DNA of 64,000 nucleotides from NCBI GenBank assembly GCA_035221665.1, contig CM069143.1, forward strand, positions 46,748,001 to 46,812,000, written 5' to 3'. Made by a program: the position numbers and the translations under genes. This document shows positions 51,083-63,000 of this stretch, piece after piece. Numbering within the stretch: the stretch's first letter is position 1; the number at the start of each line of letters is the position of its first letter. The notes under the pieces were generated by a model. The model was given only the letters and a program-made list of their open reading frames with translations. It had not been told where the DNA came from and searched no databases. The stretch is from Okamejei kenojei (lineage: Eukaryota).

Positions 51083-53860
51083 ATGGAAAAGAAAATGGAG
51101 AAATCTCAAAGAAAGATTTCGCGGGTTAAAAGATCATCCCGGGGTGAAGCTAAAAATACGGGACAAGAGATTAGTGCGAATCCGGTTCCGATACCGGTGG
51201 CCGCTGATTCACCCGTTAGTGAGATTATAATTTCTCCAGAAATACTAGCCACGGAGGGAAATGTTCCTAAAAAATGTAAAAAGAAATCCGTGAGGCCCGT
51301 GGTTTCTGATAATGACTCTGACAATGAAAGTCCTCCGGATAATAAAGCTATGTGGCTAAAAATGGAACATATGGAGAAAGTACTCCAAAATATTATGAGA
51401 CAAGGGTCACAGTACCCAGAAGTTTCCCAAAAAGACCCTGAGGGGCTTGAATATACAGAATATGGCTATGTGCCAAATTGGGAATTTGAAACTCCGGACC
51501 CAGGATTTAGGGCGGAGGAAGTCTCATTGGATATAATTCCAAGTGGATCAGGGCTGCAAAAGACAGACCCTGCAAGTGGTGATGTGGATTATGAATGCAC
51601 ACCACAAATAAAAAAGAAAAGGCCAGATGTGCCTGGGATAGCAAAGGATTTTGCTATACCTGAAGGAAGTGGTGAGGCTATGGAAGAAAACCTAGCTGCC
51701 AACATTAATTATATGGTATCTCACCAACTTCAAGATTCTGTGATGATTGAAACAGCAGAATTATATAAAACACCGGATAATTGTGCCTCATTGGAGGTAC
51801 CTACGGTTAATCCATCTATATGGACATCTATGACCCCAAGCATGAGAGGACAAGAAATGAGATTTCAAAGAATCCTCAAATTAATTTCTGCTGCCATTAC
51901 TGCATATGGAAGACAAATGGAGGGGTTGGAGATGGATAAAATTCAAAAAGATACTTTGGGCTTATTATGCAATTCCTTCTATGAAATTAATTGTATGAGA
52001 AAAATTGCGATTCGGCCCATATTTCATCCAAGGTTTGCAAGTCTGTGTCGAGCAAGTGGTGTTCAAGCTCCTGGTTATCTATTTGGAGAAAACCTCCATA
52101 AACAAATAAAAGATATGGATGAAGAAGCTAAATCTATTAGCCACATGAGACCTTTCGTCTTTGGACAAAAAAGGTATTTTTCGCCAAGAAGGCGATTTGA
52201 TTTTGGAAACAGAGGCAGGAATATGACAAGGAAATATTATCATCCGACACAGCCTAATGTTTACCCGTATACAGGGAGAAGGAGACCAACACGTTCATAT
52301 GGAGAGGTACAAAAGATTTATTCTATGTTTAAAGAAACTGTGGACAAATCTCCAGTTGGAGGGAGATTACAAATGTTTTATGATGAATGGCTTACCATCA
52401 CATCTGATCGGTTTATTTTACAAACAGTTTCAGGAGCTACTATTACATTTAAAGAAGGTGTTAACTCTCCAGTACAAAATAAACCTGCTTATGCTTTCGT
52501 GTTTTCTGCAAAGGAAAAGGCAGAAATAAATGGGGAAATTGACAAATTGCTTAAAAAAGGTGTTATTGAAAAAACTGTTGAACACGAGCATCAATGTGTG
52601 TCAAATATATTTCCAAGAGATAAAAAAGATGGTGGTTGCAGAATTATTCTGGACCTTACAAATCTTAATAAATTTGTCGAATACAAACATTTTAAAATGG
52701 AAACGTTTAATACTGTAAGACATTTGATATCAGCAGGTTGTTATATGGCTACAATTGGTTTAAAGGACACTTATTATTCTGTATCAATACATCAGTTCTT
52801 TCAAAGGTATTTAAAATTTAATTGGCTGGGACAGCTGTGGCAATTCAGAGCTTTACCAAATGGGTTAAGTTCAGCTCCCAGGCTCTTTACAAAGCTGTTG
52901 AAACCAGTTTTAGCACAATTAAGAGCACAAAAACACATCGTTATGGCTTATCTCGATGACATTTTAATCATCAATGACAATCAGGAATCAGCTGGAAAAT
53001 CAGTTTCAGCAACTAAAGCTTTATTTGAAAAGTTAGGGTTCTTGATCCATCCAATTAAGTCCCAGTCAATTAACTATTTGGGGTTTGTAATTAACTCCGT
53101 TACTATGTTAGTAATTTTACCAACAGATAAGATTGATGATATTTTGGTGACTTGTAGGGGTCTCATTCACAAACTTTATCCCTCCATCCGAGAAGTAGCA
53201 AAGATTATTGGTAAGCTAGTAGCAGCATTTCCTGCAGTGGAATTTGGTCCATTACATTACCAAAACCTTCAAAGGGACAAAATAAGAGCTCTAAAAAAGA
53301 GAGCAGGCCACTTTGATAGGCCTATGCAATTAACAAAAGAAGCTTTATTGGAATTACAATGGTGGATTGAAAATGTCCCACAAGCTGCTAGAAACATTCT
53401 GATACAACAGCCTGAAGTGATTTTACAAACGGATGCTAGCGCTCTCGGATGGGGGGCAACAGATTCATTCTCCAGTTGTGGAGGTAGATGGACTGTCCAA
53501 GAGGAAATGTTTCTCCAAACATATGGTATTAACTATTTAGAATTGTTGGGTGCTTTTTATGGACTGAAGGCATATTGTTCTACAAAAAAGAATCTACATG
53601 TACTAATACAATTAGACAATAAAACAGCTGTTGCATATATTAATCACATGGGCGGAGTCAGATCGGTATCATGTGATTGTCTGGTCAATCAGATATGGCA
53701 ATGGTGTATTAACCACCAAATTTGGATCTCGGCAAACTACATTCCAGGTAAAGACAATGTGGTGGCAGATAATAGATCAAGGATATTTAAAGATAACACA
53801 GAATGGATGCTGAACCCAGTAATTTTCAGTAAAATTGTGACTCGATATGGGTTACTGTAA
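51083..53860 (+). CDS. DIRS Gag-like region in frame with RT-RNaseH (925 aa)
   Basis: Gag-like P.NC..L.VP.VN..IW and LFGENL. RT GGRL..F...W..IT.D, KKDGGCRIILDL..LN, HFKMET, F.ALPNGLSSAPR.FTK, YLDD. RNaseH QTDAS..GWG, INYLEL, DNKTAVAYIN.MGG, IPGKDNVVAD. Confidence 0.9.
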   Translation: MEKKMEKSQRKISRVKRSSRGEAKNTGQEISANPVPIPVAADSPVSEIIISPEILATEGNVPKKCKKKSVRPVVSDNDSDNESPPDNKAMWLKMEHMEKVLQNIMRQGSQYPEVSQKDPEGLEYTEYGYVPNWEFETPDPGFRAEEVSLDIIPSGSGLQKTDPASGDVDYECTPQIKKKRPDVPGIAKDFAIPEGSGEAMEENLAANINYMVSHQLQDSVMIETAELYKTPDNCASLEVPTVNPSIWTSMTPSMRGQEMRFQRILKLISAAITAYGRQMEGLEMDKIQKDTLGLLCNSFYEINCMRKIAIRPIFHPRFASLCRASGVQAPGYLFGENLHKQIKDMDEEAKSISHMRPFVFGQKRYFSPRRRFDFGNRGRNMTRKYYHPTQPNVYPYTGRRRPTRSYGEVQKIYSMFKETVDKSPVGGRLQMFYDEWLTITSDRFILQTVSGATITFKEGVNSPVQNKPAYAFVFSAKEKAEINGEIDKLLKKGVIEKTVEHEHQCVSNIFPRDKKDGGCRIILDLTNLNKFVEYKHFKMETFNTVRHLISAGCYMATIGLKDTYYSVSIHQFFQRYLKFNWLGQLWQFRALPNGLSSAPRLFTKLLKPVLAQLRAQKHIVMAYLDDILIINDNQESAGKSVSATKALFEKLGFLIHPIKSQSINYLGFVINSVTMLVILPTDKIDDILVTCRGLIHKLYPSIREVAKIIGKLVAAFPAVEFGPLHYQNLQRDKIRALKKRAGHFDRPMQLTKEALLELQWWIENVPQAARNILIQQPEVILQTDASALGWGATDSFSSCGGRWTVQEEMFLQTYGINYLELLGAFYGLKAYCSTKKNLHVLIQLDNKTAVAYINHMGGVRSVSCDCLVNQIWQWCINHQIWISANYIPGKDNVVADNRSRIFKDNTEWMLNPVIFSKIVTRYGLL

Positions 53861-53896
53861 AATTGTGACTCGATATGGGTAAAATTGTGACTCGAT

Positions 53897-54252
53897 ATGG
53901 ATCTGTTCGCATCAAGACTAAATCATCAGTTGCCTAAATATGTGTCTTGGGAACCAGACCCAGACGCAGTAGCAGTAGATGCTTTTTCATTACACTGGGG
54001 GAATATGTTCTTTTATGCTTTTCCACCATTTGCTCTGGTTCAGCAATGTCTGAAGAAAATAGGACAAGATTCTGCCACAGGATTGTTGGTAATCCCAAAT
54101 TGGCCGACACAACCTTGGTCCCATTGATGTTAAACATGATTAAAGAACCATATATGTCAATTCCTAACAGCAGTGATTTATTGATAAAACCAGTAACCAA
54201 AGAAATTCATCCATTACATGCTTATATGAATTTGTTAATCTGCAGGTTTTGA
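53897..54252 (+). pseudogene. DIRS N6-adenine methyltransferase-like domain, disrupted
   Basis: DLFASRLN...VDAF...W....YAFPPF...PNWPTQPW. Frameshift near 54120 into PLMLNM...HPL...LLICRF. Confidence 0.85.
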
Positions 54253-54290
54253 CCAGACCACTACAGGAGCTTGGATTGTCGGATAGAACT

Positions 54291-55218
54291 ATGGATGTTA
54301 TAGCCGCATCATGGCGAGATAGCACACAAAGACAATATATGACACATATAAAGAAATGGGAAGGATTTTGCAGACCGTGAAATATATCTTATCATACTGT
54401 GAACATTGCAAACGTATTGGAGTTCCTTGCCGAATTGCATTTTGAACAACACTTAAGTTACAGTGCCATTAATAGTGCACGTAGTGCCTTATCATCTTAT
54501 TTAGGACAAATATCTGACCAGAAATCAATTGGATCACATCCATTAATATCCAGATTTATGAAAGGAATCTTTAACAAAAACCCGCCAAAACCAAGATATA
54601 CAGAGATTTGGGATGTTAGCATTGTACTTACTTTACTTAGGCAATGGACTCCAATCGAAGGTTTGTCATTGGAAAGATTAACATTCAAATTAGTAATGTT
54701 AATGTCATTGGTTTCAGCTCAAAGGGTGCAAACATTACAAATGTTGCGTTTAGACTGTATGCATGTGACTACAGATAACATTGTGTTCTATGTTTACGAT
54801 CTGATCAAACAAAGCAGACCAGGAAGAACTGGAGCAAAGGTAACCTTTCAAACTTATCCTATTGATCCAACATTGTGTGTAGTTAGACATTTGAACCAAT
54901 ATATAAAAATTACCAAAACTCTTCGAGGTAATGAAAAAACATTAATGATTACGCATAAGAAACCACACACAAAAGCTTCAGTACAAACAATCTCAAGGTG
55001 GTTAAAACGTGTTACTTTTAGCAGGAGTAGACACTGATGTGTTCAAATCTCACTCCACCAGGGCAGCAGCTACATCCGCAGCGAAGGTGCGGGACGTACC
55101 GCTCGAGCATATTTTAGAAACCGCAGGGTGGAGTAAAGAAATAACTTTTTCAAAGTTCTACAATAAACCTGTTCACACAATGACAGGCTTTGGACACACG
55201 GTGTTGGGTTCACTATAG
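54291..55218 (+). pseudogene. DIRS tyrosine recombinase with a premature stop and a frameshift
   Basis: MDVIAASWRDSTQRQY...; in-frame TGA at 54378. Catalytic residues in SAQR, KQSRPG, HSTR, AGW and F.KFY. Frameshift at about 55010. Confidence 0.9.
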
Positions 55219-56044
55219 TCACCTGCTTTGTTTCACTATTGATTAACATGATCAATTATGTTATCACTTATATCTTTTATCACTTTGTAATGGTTCCCTC
55301 GGGTATAAAGAGGGTTATTATATGTTCTTTTATCATTAAAAAATTTATTATGGAAAGAACTAAAACTAGTCTGGTTTTCTCATGTATGTGTTGACCTAGC
55401 CGGACTGTCGTATAGAAGAATTCTACGACATGAAAAACACAGAAAGCTTCAAACTCTTCACGTAGTCACTCACGTGACTCCGAAGTAAAATAGTAAGATT
55501 AAACGAGAACTTACCTGTTCGAAGTTTGATATTTTATGAGGAGTAACGATGAGGGATTTCGTGCCCTCCACTCAACACCCTCATAAAATGAATGATCACC
55601 TGGTAGTTCTAAAATCTATAATGAGCCTTACTATCTTACTCCGGCTATTGTGTTCTGTGTTTTTCATGCCGCTGCTTTGAAATATGCCGTTCCAGCGCCA
55701 GGCGGGCCTTCTTCACGTAATCCCTCATCGTTACTCCTCATAAAATAAAGATCAAACTTCGAACAGGTAAGTTCTCGTTTAATCTTACTATCTTACTGCC
55801 CCATATCCCTGATGTCAAAACCGCTTACACTAAATACATTCTTTGCCATCTACATTCTGCAAAGGAAAATACAGCCTCATACTTGTGCAATTTGAGCTTC
55901 GCCCCTGTTGGTCACAGTCATGCTCATATACTAAGGGAGATGTCCTTGGCAACTTCTTCACAAGAGCACCTGGTTGTTGCTCTGGGGTCTCTATAGCCCC
56001 CATGCATACTTCTCCTCCAGGCACTAGTTTTTCACCAAAAATAG

Positions 56045-56106
56045 GCACAAAGTGCTGGACTACCTTAGTGAGCTAGGCAGCATATTTGGAGAACATGGAT
56101 AGGTGA
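56045..56106 (-). mobile_element. Penelope-derived element fragment
   Basis: gcacaaagtgctgga...aggcagcatatttggagaacatggataggtga. Confidence 0.5.
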
Positions 56107-56713
56107 GGTCACCTTCCCTATAATCCCCTCATCCGACATATGAAAAAAAAAAATCCTTTTAACAAAGAGGCACACAAATGTCTAAAGTATCCAGGATAAC
56201 CTATTTTGCAAGAAAATTAGATATTATTTAATGACAGGAATTAATTCATATTCTTTGATTTCCCATTGTTGTTAATAATCAAATAATTCTTCCTTTTCAT
56301 CAACGTGATTTAAATCAGAACCATTTTACAGGTGCTCTCCAAGCCCTTTGTTCTTGTGGTTCTGTTTGAATTGGCTCTAATCTATGAAGTTATTAATGGC
56401 ACCAGCTAACCCTTATTTTAAAAGGAGTGGTATTTCAATTTGCCACACCAAGAAGCAAGGATATGTCATTTAGCTCCTCATGCCTGCTTCAACATTCATT
56501 TAGATTATGGATGATCTTTCATCCGAGCACCACTTTGTTGCATTTCCCACAAATGCTTCCATTTCCTAATTCTTCAAATCGTTATCAGTTTTCAATATAA
56601 TCAGCAAGTAAGCATTTACATACGTCTTGGACAGACAATTCCAAAGAGTGGCTACATTCTAGATGAAGGAATTCGCACCCATTTCTTTGCCACGTACTTC
56701 CCCACACATTCAA

Positions 56714-57028
56714 GGGGCGGCGGTACAATGGCGCAGCGGTAGAGTTGCTGCCTTACCAGCTCTAGATGCCGGGGTTCGATCCTGACTACAGGTACTGTCT
56801 ATACAGAGTTTGTACATTCTCCCATGACCGTGTGGGTTTTCTCCAGGTGCTCCAGTTTCCTCCCACATCTCCTAAGATGTACAATTTTGTGGGTTAATTG
56901 GCTTCGGTACAAATTGTAAATTGTCCCTAATGTGTGTGTAGGATAGTGTTAGTGTATGGGGATTGCTGGTTAGTGCAGACTCAGTGGGCCAAAGGGCCTG
57001 TTCCACGCTGTGTCTCTGAACTAAACTC
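56714..57028 (+). mobile_element. V-SINE (HE1-like), full length
   Basis: A box tggcgcagcggtag, B box ggttcgatcc, V-domain, and tail aagggcctgttccacgctgtgtctctgaactaaac. Confidence 0.9.
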
Positions 57029-57937
57029 CTGCCAGAGCGAACATATCGTTTCATCAAACTCCTCAAATATTGAATTTTGTTTTTACTTTAATGACATTAG
57101 AGAACTTCTGTTTAAAATGCTTATTCTCTCTTCATACAATAAATCTGCCACTTCATGAAAATGTTGTAAACTTCATTGCACATCCTCTATCAAAAGTATA
57201 TTCCTTCTTAGGTAGAAAGGCCAGATGTCTGCACTAGACTTACAATTCAGTTTCCCAATGCTCTACATAATGAGCAAACCAGTGCTCCTCACGTACTCAA
57301 ATCCAATTGCAATAGAGAACTGCCTATGCAATCTTAAACTAGAAAAGAAAAATAATTATAACACAAATAAACTTTCCTTTCAAAATGAGAGCTATCGTGA
57401 CACTAATTTCTTGTTTGGTCCATGTTCAACAAGTGCAGGATACATGAATATCTGTGAAACTAGCTCTCAAAACGTATCACTTGCAGCTCCTATTCTAAGC
57501 TGAAAGCTGTTAAAAGGTTAAAGTGGAACTAACTCTAGAAGGCTATGTCTAGACAACAGACCATTTATTTCAGATCCACCCTTCATGGCAATGCATGAAG
57601 CCATTGGCCAAGTGACTAATGCTCGCCCTCTGCACAGCAAGCTGCTCTATTTTAACAATTGCGACAATTGTTTATTTTTTGGTAAAAAAAACTGTCAGGT
57701 TCATGCTCTTCACAGGTCTGTTAAATTAGCTCATTCAGTACAGAGGCTGTTCTCTGCCAAATCCAATCCCTCCTTACTGGATGTAGTCTGGGGGAATAAA
57801 CCACAGAGGACAGGAAGTGTGAGGTCAGCAGGAAGGCATTTTGTGACTGGTAATCATGGCTCACACCGTGAGAAAAAACATGATTCAGACAATCAGAAGA
57901 GATGGACCATAACCAGCTGAACCTACTGCAAGACTAA

Positions 57938-58152
57938 AGGGCCTGTCCCACTATCACGACCTAATTCACGACCCTTTTTACTCATGGACATTTCTCATCA
58001 TGCTAGAAAAACACCCCGACCTACTTGATGCCACGAGTACCTACGACTAGCATCACGACCTACCTACGACCTCGTGACGACCTACAACGACCATGCTGCA
58101 AGTACGAGTCAAGGGCAAACTCGGCAGAGGTCGTGAAAGTGGGACAGGCCCT
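57938..58152. mobile_element. PIF/Harbinger (Tourist-like) MITE, 215 bp
   Basis: 25-bp TIRs AGGGCCTGTCCCACT(A/T)TCACGACCT with one mismatch. TAA TSD at 57935-57937 and 58153-58155. Confidence 0.92.
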
Positions 58153-60579
58153 TAAAGAACTTCACTTAGAACATACGAATTAGGTGTGATCAGTACTTAA
58201 CTGCAAACTTATTATACGTTTATCATATGAAATTCAATGATCTGTTTTATCTCACCACCCTTCAATATTTCTACAACTACAAGGTTTGTGTGGTATCTCC
58301 AGTAAAGGGCCAAACTCTACCTGTACCAGTATGATGGCGATGAATCACCTTCTTGAAACAACTGTCCATTATTATAGTTGTAACGATTGTTAAACTTTCT
58401 ATGCCACTTCAGAAGGCAATAAACAACATCAGTAGAGATTTGGAAGTATGCATGCAGCCGACCTTAAAAGGTTGACAGGTTTACTTACTTAACAGGATGA
58501 GAGAATAGTCTCCATTTTAAATCTTAAACTACAGCGGCAGGAACACCCACTTCAACCTCAGAGGGCCTGTTGCAATATCTGATGTCATTAGATGATCAGA
58601 GCCTAATCAGCTCTTTCAATCCAAAGTTCACTTTGGAGAGCAATGGAGGATTCCCCATCAGCCAAAACCGGCAACTTCCAGCAACCAGAAGAATAAGATG
58701 ATGTAATTTTAGGTGGTAGGTATATATTATTTTCCTTACAGGACACAAGGTTCCACTAGATTTATACCCAGGTTCCAGACTATTCCAGATTCCATTAGAT
58801 TCCCATCCTGGAGCATTAACCATGAGCCAGACCCGCTGCCCTGTGTTCTCTGGGATAAAATCCTGCTGTATTCAATTTTCATAGCAATCGGCTATTGATG
58901 CCAATTCCCTGGCTGTTTGATCATGCTGTCCAGCTGTTAAAATTACCTAAGCTTGCCAGCTGCCACTCCCAGCCATGCACAATGCATGCTCTTACACACT
59001 TTTCCCCCAGGAATTAAAATAAGTTTCTATTTCAGAATTTTTCTTGTTGGAAAAATTAATTTAAAATCTTCATCTGCCGCATGGAAGTTAAATTTTCATA
59101 CTCTGGATTTAGTAGCCTAAATCACTGGTTTATCTGATTTGCCCCCACAATTCTTACCTACCTGCCTGGCTTCCCCAACCATATGCTTACTTAAGAAAAA
59201 AGTTATCGAATTCTAGGTGAAAAGCTGAAGAGTTAAGACTTAAACTGTATATCCCCCCTCCAAAACAATGCTTGATATGCTAAATATTTCCAGCATTTTG
59301 TGGTTTCACACTTGGATGTACCAAAATGAGGGGCATAATCACAGTGTTGCCTTGTGCCTTAATATTCTTCTAAAGGTTGTTTTACATCATTTATAACAGG
59401 AAATTGATACAGAAATATTGGTTAATCTGATTGTGCTTAAAATTGTGAAGCGAGAGACTACACTAAACCGTTCTATTTAAATTGGGAATCTAAGCAGCAA
59501 AAGCATAAAAGCAGAACCCAAGCTCCTTAAGAATGAATTCCAAAAAAAAAATCCAATTGCCGACTTAAATTCCACTCTTTCAACACATTCCAATTCACAA
59601 AGTCATGAGGAGGTGTGTGTGGTGGGGATTGAAGACAGTATTGGGGGCTGGGGAGGAAAAGGAACAAAACTAGTACCAAACATGTTACAGACTAAATTAA
59701 TAGCTTATTATAGCGTAACTCAGTGTTTAAATAGCATACATTTCTCCTCCTCCCCTCCTGTTGCCGACTCGCGTTACATACTGTCCCTTCGACGCTAGAT
59801 ACTCCCCGGTATTTCATTGAACGAGAGGATCGTCTCACAGCTCTACTGTCTGGGCACTGAGCAGTACAGTTTATTCTCCTAAAATCTAGTCCACTCACAT
59901 CACTGTGCTTTGTGATTCAACCAAGCTATTCTCCACCCCAAAATGTCATAATTTCTTTATGTTTAAAATCATATTTTTTAAATACAACTCCATATGCTCA
60001 TTTTGAACATTAAGGTACTAAATGCAGTTACCTAAAGGGTAAACAATGCTCATTGAAAGGTTAATGAAACTCACTGCAACTTCAAACAGATTAAACTCAC
60101 CCGAGACACCTTTGCCCAGGTTTAGTGCCTCTCGAGCACAAATCCAAGCTTCCAAATAAATCGCAAACTTAGAAAAACTTCTCCCTTGCAAAATGCTTCT
60201 TAATATGAAGCAGCCAAACTCAATTAGCGGATTGTTTAATGGGTGTAACTGTTCTGGACTTCCTGCTGGTGCAGTACTCCCGTACACAGTTATTGCAATT
60301 ACTACCACAGGAAAGTCTCACTGTAACAATTCTTCAACAATGACACTCTTATTATTTACAATTAAAGAGTCACCATTACCCAAAGGGGTGCCCATTGAAA
60401 ATTCATGCAAGAACAAATATTGATATTGCTCTGGTAACAAAATGCTTTAAGAAAGATGGAAGTCCAGCAACAAGCAAAAACATCTCGGGAAAATTCAATA
60501 AGGAGACACAGAAAAACGCTTTTGCAACATCCCTGGTCTTTGGGATGTTGCAAAAGCGAAGGATATAATCAAGCAAAAC

Positions 60580-60785
60580 ACTGCAGATATCAGACTCTCC
60601 AATAAAGACACAAATGCTGGAAATATTCAGCAGGTCAGGCAGCATACAAGCAGAAATAACTAAAGTCAATATCTTGGGTTGATAGCCTTCGAAGTTTTAA
60701 TGAAAGCCTTTTGAGCTGAAACATTAGGTCTTTGTCCCTCTGTAGGTGCTGCCTGACTGCCTAGTCTTTCAAGCATTAGTATTTT
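60580..60785. mobile_element. Old Penelope-derived foldback
   Basis: aaatgctggaaatattcagcaggtcaggcagcat with an inverted gtgctgcctgac...tttcaagcatt. Confidence 0.5.
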
Positions 60786-62259
60786 TCATGTAAATGCATA
60801 CTACCCGAATTGCTTTTACTGCATGGATAATAACTTTATATCTGAATACTGCTGAATGACATCCAGGAATCTCATCTATTTAAACAGTGCTAAAGAACAT
60901 CAGCATTTTTCCAATGAAATGAAAACATTTCCAAGAAACCATTGGGGGCAGGAAAGAAGTGAAGAATCGAGTGGCTAGGGAGGAGAGGTGGAGAAAGGAG
61001 GGGGTAAAAAAAGGTAACGGAAACACTTTGTCACAAGCTCGTTATTAATAAGCAATTACAAACTGCCAGGCCGACTTTGAACCAAAGCCACTATTTCATC
61101 TGATTTTTAATGTATATATTTTTAAAATTGTTTCAATTCTATTCCCAAGCATTACATAATAATAGGATTTACAGCATAAAACTGGCCATTTGGCCCAACC
61201 AGCCCATGTTAAGGCTTTGCTACACTTCATCTTCCTCCTGCCTTTCCTCACCTAAATTAAAGATTTCAAGTTCTGGCCTCTTGAAGCAGAGTTTAAAGCC
61301 AAGCATGCCTTGTGCTTACAATCTTCCAAAACCCAATTGCATTTTGTGGAACTTCAAAGTGAAGCTGGCAGTTTGTTTGAATCAAGTTGTATTAAAGAGG
61401 TAAAGATCCAATTTTGTTTCAATCTTAGTGGGATGACAGGCTAAGAGTGAAAACACATCTGCCATAAGATTATGGTCCATATTAAAAAACAACAAAAAAT
61501 GGAATCTTAGTTTGGAACACAGCTCTGATGTCAAATCTTCCAGATGTGTCCATAGAAGATAAATAAAGCACTCTTTCCAGATTTTGAACTCTAACAACAA
61601 CTTGCATTTACATAGCACCTTAAAATAGCAACATTTCAACACGGCTTCACAGATACACGAACAAGTAAAAAAAGTTCAAGTCACATATCACGATATTAAG
61701 AGGGGAGTCCCAAAAGTGTGGTCAAAGAGGATAGACTCAAGGTCAATCTTACAGAAGGAAAGAGAGGCATAGAGGTGGAAATATTGAGGTAGATTAAGAT
61801 GCCATTGTGGAATGATTACATTTGGGGATTAGCAAGAGAACAGAATTAAAGTTTCACTGATATTATTGAGGGTTTCACGGCTGGATGCTGCCAATGCTAA
61901 AATTGAAGTGCACTTAACTTGGAATTAGTGCATGACAGCAAATAATGGGCTGACAGGTGAATGAACTTGAAGTTAAATAAAAAACTTGAGCTGAGCTTTG
62001 TTTCAGATTAGTTTATTGTCATATACAGCAAAGTCCAGTGAAATTCCTTGCTTGCATGAAGCTCATGGAATAAACTGTACATGCGCAATAATAGATATGA
62101 CATTAATACAACAAATGGGAAACAACTGAATGGTGCAAAGATAGTTGGGCAATGTGCAGTAACAGACCATAGTGCAATGTTTGGTTGTTGTGTTAATGCA
62201 CTATGGTGTGTTACTGCACAATGCACAACAATCTTTGCTCCATTCTGCTGTTTCCCATT

Positions 62260-62540
62260 TGGGCTGCACGGTGGCGCAGCAGTAGAGTTGCAGCCTTACT
62301 GCACCAGAGACCTGGGTTCTGTATGCAGTTTGTGCATTCTCGTCGTGACCGCGTGGGTTTTCCCTGGGTGCTCTGGTTTTCTCCCAAACTCCAAATATGT
62401 ATAGGTTTGTAGGTTAATTGGCTTTGGTAAAAATGGTAAATTGTCCCTAATGTGTGGGATGGTTCTAGTGTACTGGGATCGCTGACAGACATGGACTTGG
62501 TGGGCCAAAGGGCTTGTTTCCGCACTGTCTCTCTCAACTA
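62260..62540 (+). mobile_element. V-SINE (HE1-like)
   Basis: ggtggcgcagcagtagag..., V-domain, and tail aagggcttgtttccgcactgtctctctc. Confidence 0.85.
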
Positions 62541-62545
62541 ACCCG

Positions 62546-62643
62546 AATCTGAGGAAGGGTCTCGACCCAAAACCTCACCCATTCCTTCTCTCCAGAGATG
62601 CTACCTGTCCCGCTGAGTTACTCCAGCTTTTTGTGCCTATCTT
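62546..62643 (+). mobile_element. Penelope-derived element with a mutated hammerhead core, abutting the SINE tail
   Basis: CTGAGGA-agggtctcgaccc-aaaacctcacccattccttctctccagagatgct... Confidence 0.7.
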
Positions 62644-62649
62644 AAGTTT

Positions 62650-63000
62650 AAAGAGGTTGGGCATGTCACCAAACTTCTACAGATGCACAGTGGAAAGTAT
62701 CCTGACAGCTTACATCACGGCCTGGTATGGCAAGTCCAATGTACAAGAATGCCAGAGACTCTGTGGGTGGTGCACCCGGCCTGGTTCATCATGGGCACAG
62801 CCCTCCCCACTATAGAAAGCATCTGCTGGAGGCGCAGTCTCAAGAAGGCAGCATCTGTCATTAAGAATCCCCCACCATCCGGGCAATGCCCTCTTCTTGC
62901 TGCAAGTGGTACAGAAGCCCGAGGTCCCACACCAACTGCTTCAGGAACTGCTATTCTCAGACAACAATCAGATCTTGAACCAACCTGCACAATCTTAACC
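62650..63000 (+). mobile_element. Rex1/Babar-type LINE 3' fragment
   Basis: NFYRCTVESILTAYITAWYG and LPTIESI..RRSLKKAASVIK.P. Confidence 0.8.

Larger units (their letters stand above)
50830..55791 (+). mobile_element. Near full-length DIRS1-type tyrosine-recombinase retrotransposon (defective)
   Basis: 36-bp perfect ITRs at 50857-50892 and 55684-55719. The internal complementary region (55455-55558) is the reverse complement of the left end joined to the right end. Coding blocks for Gag, RT, RNaseH, methyltransferase and YR. Confidence 0.95.

Noticed and set aside
53897-55218. Prophage or bacterial methylase-integrase contamination
   Set aside because: Both domains are standard DIRS1 components and lie within the ITR/ICR-bounded element.
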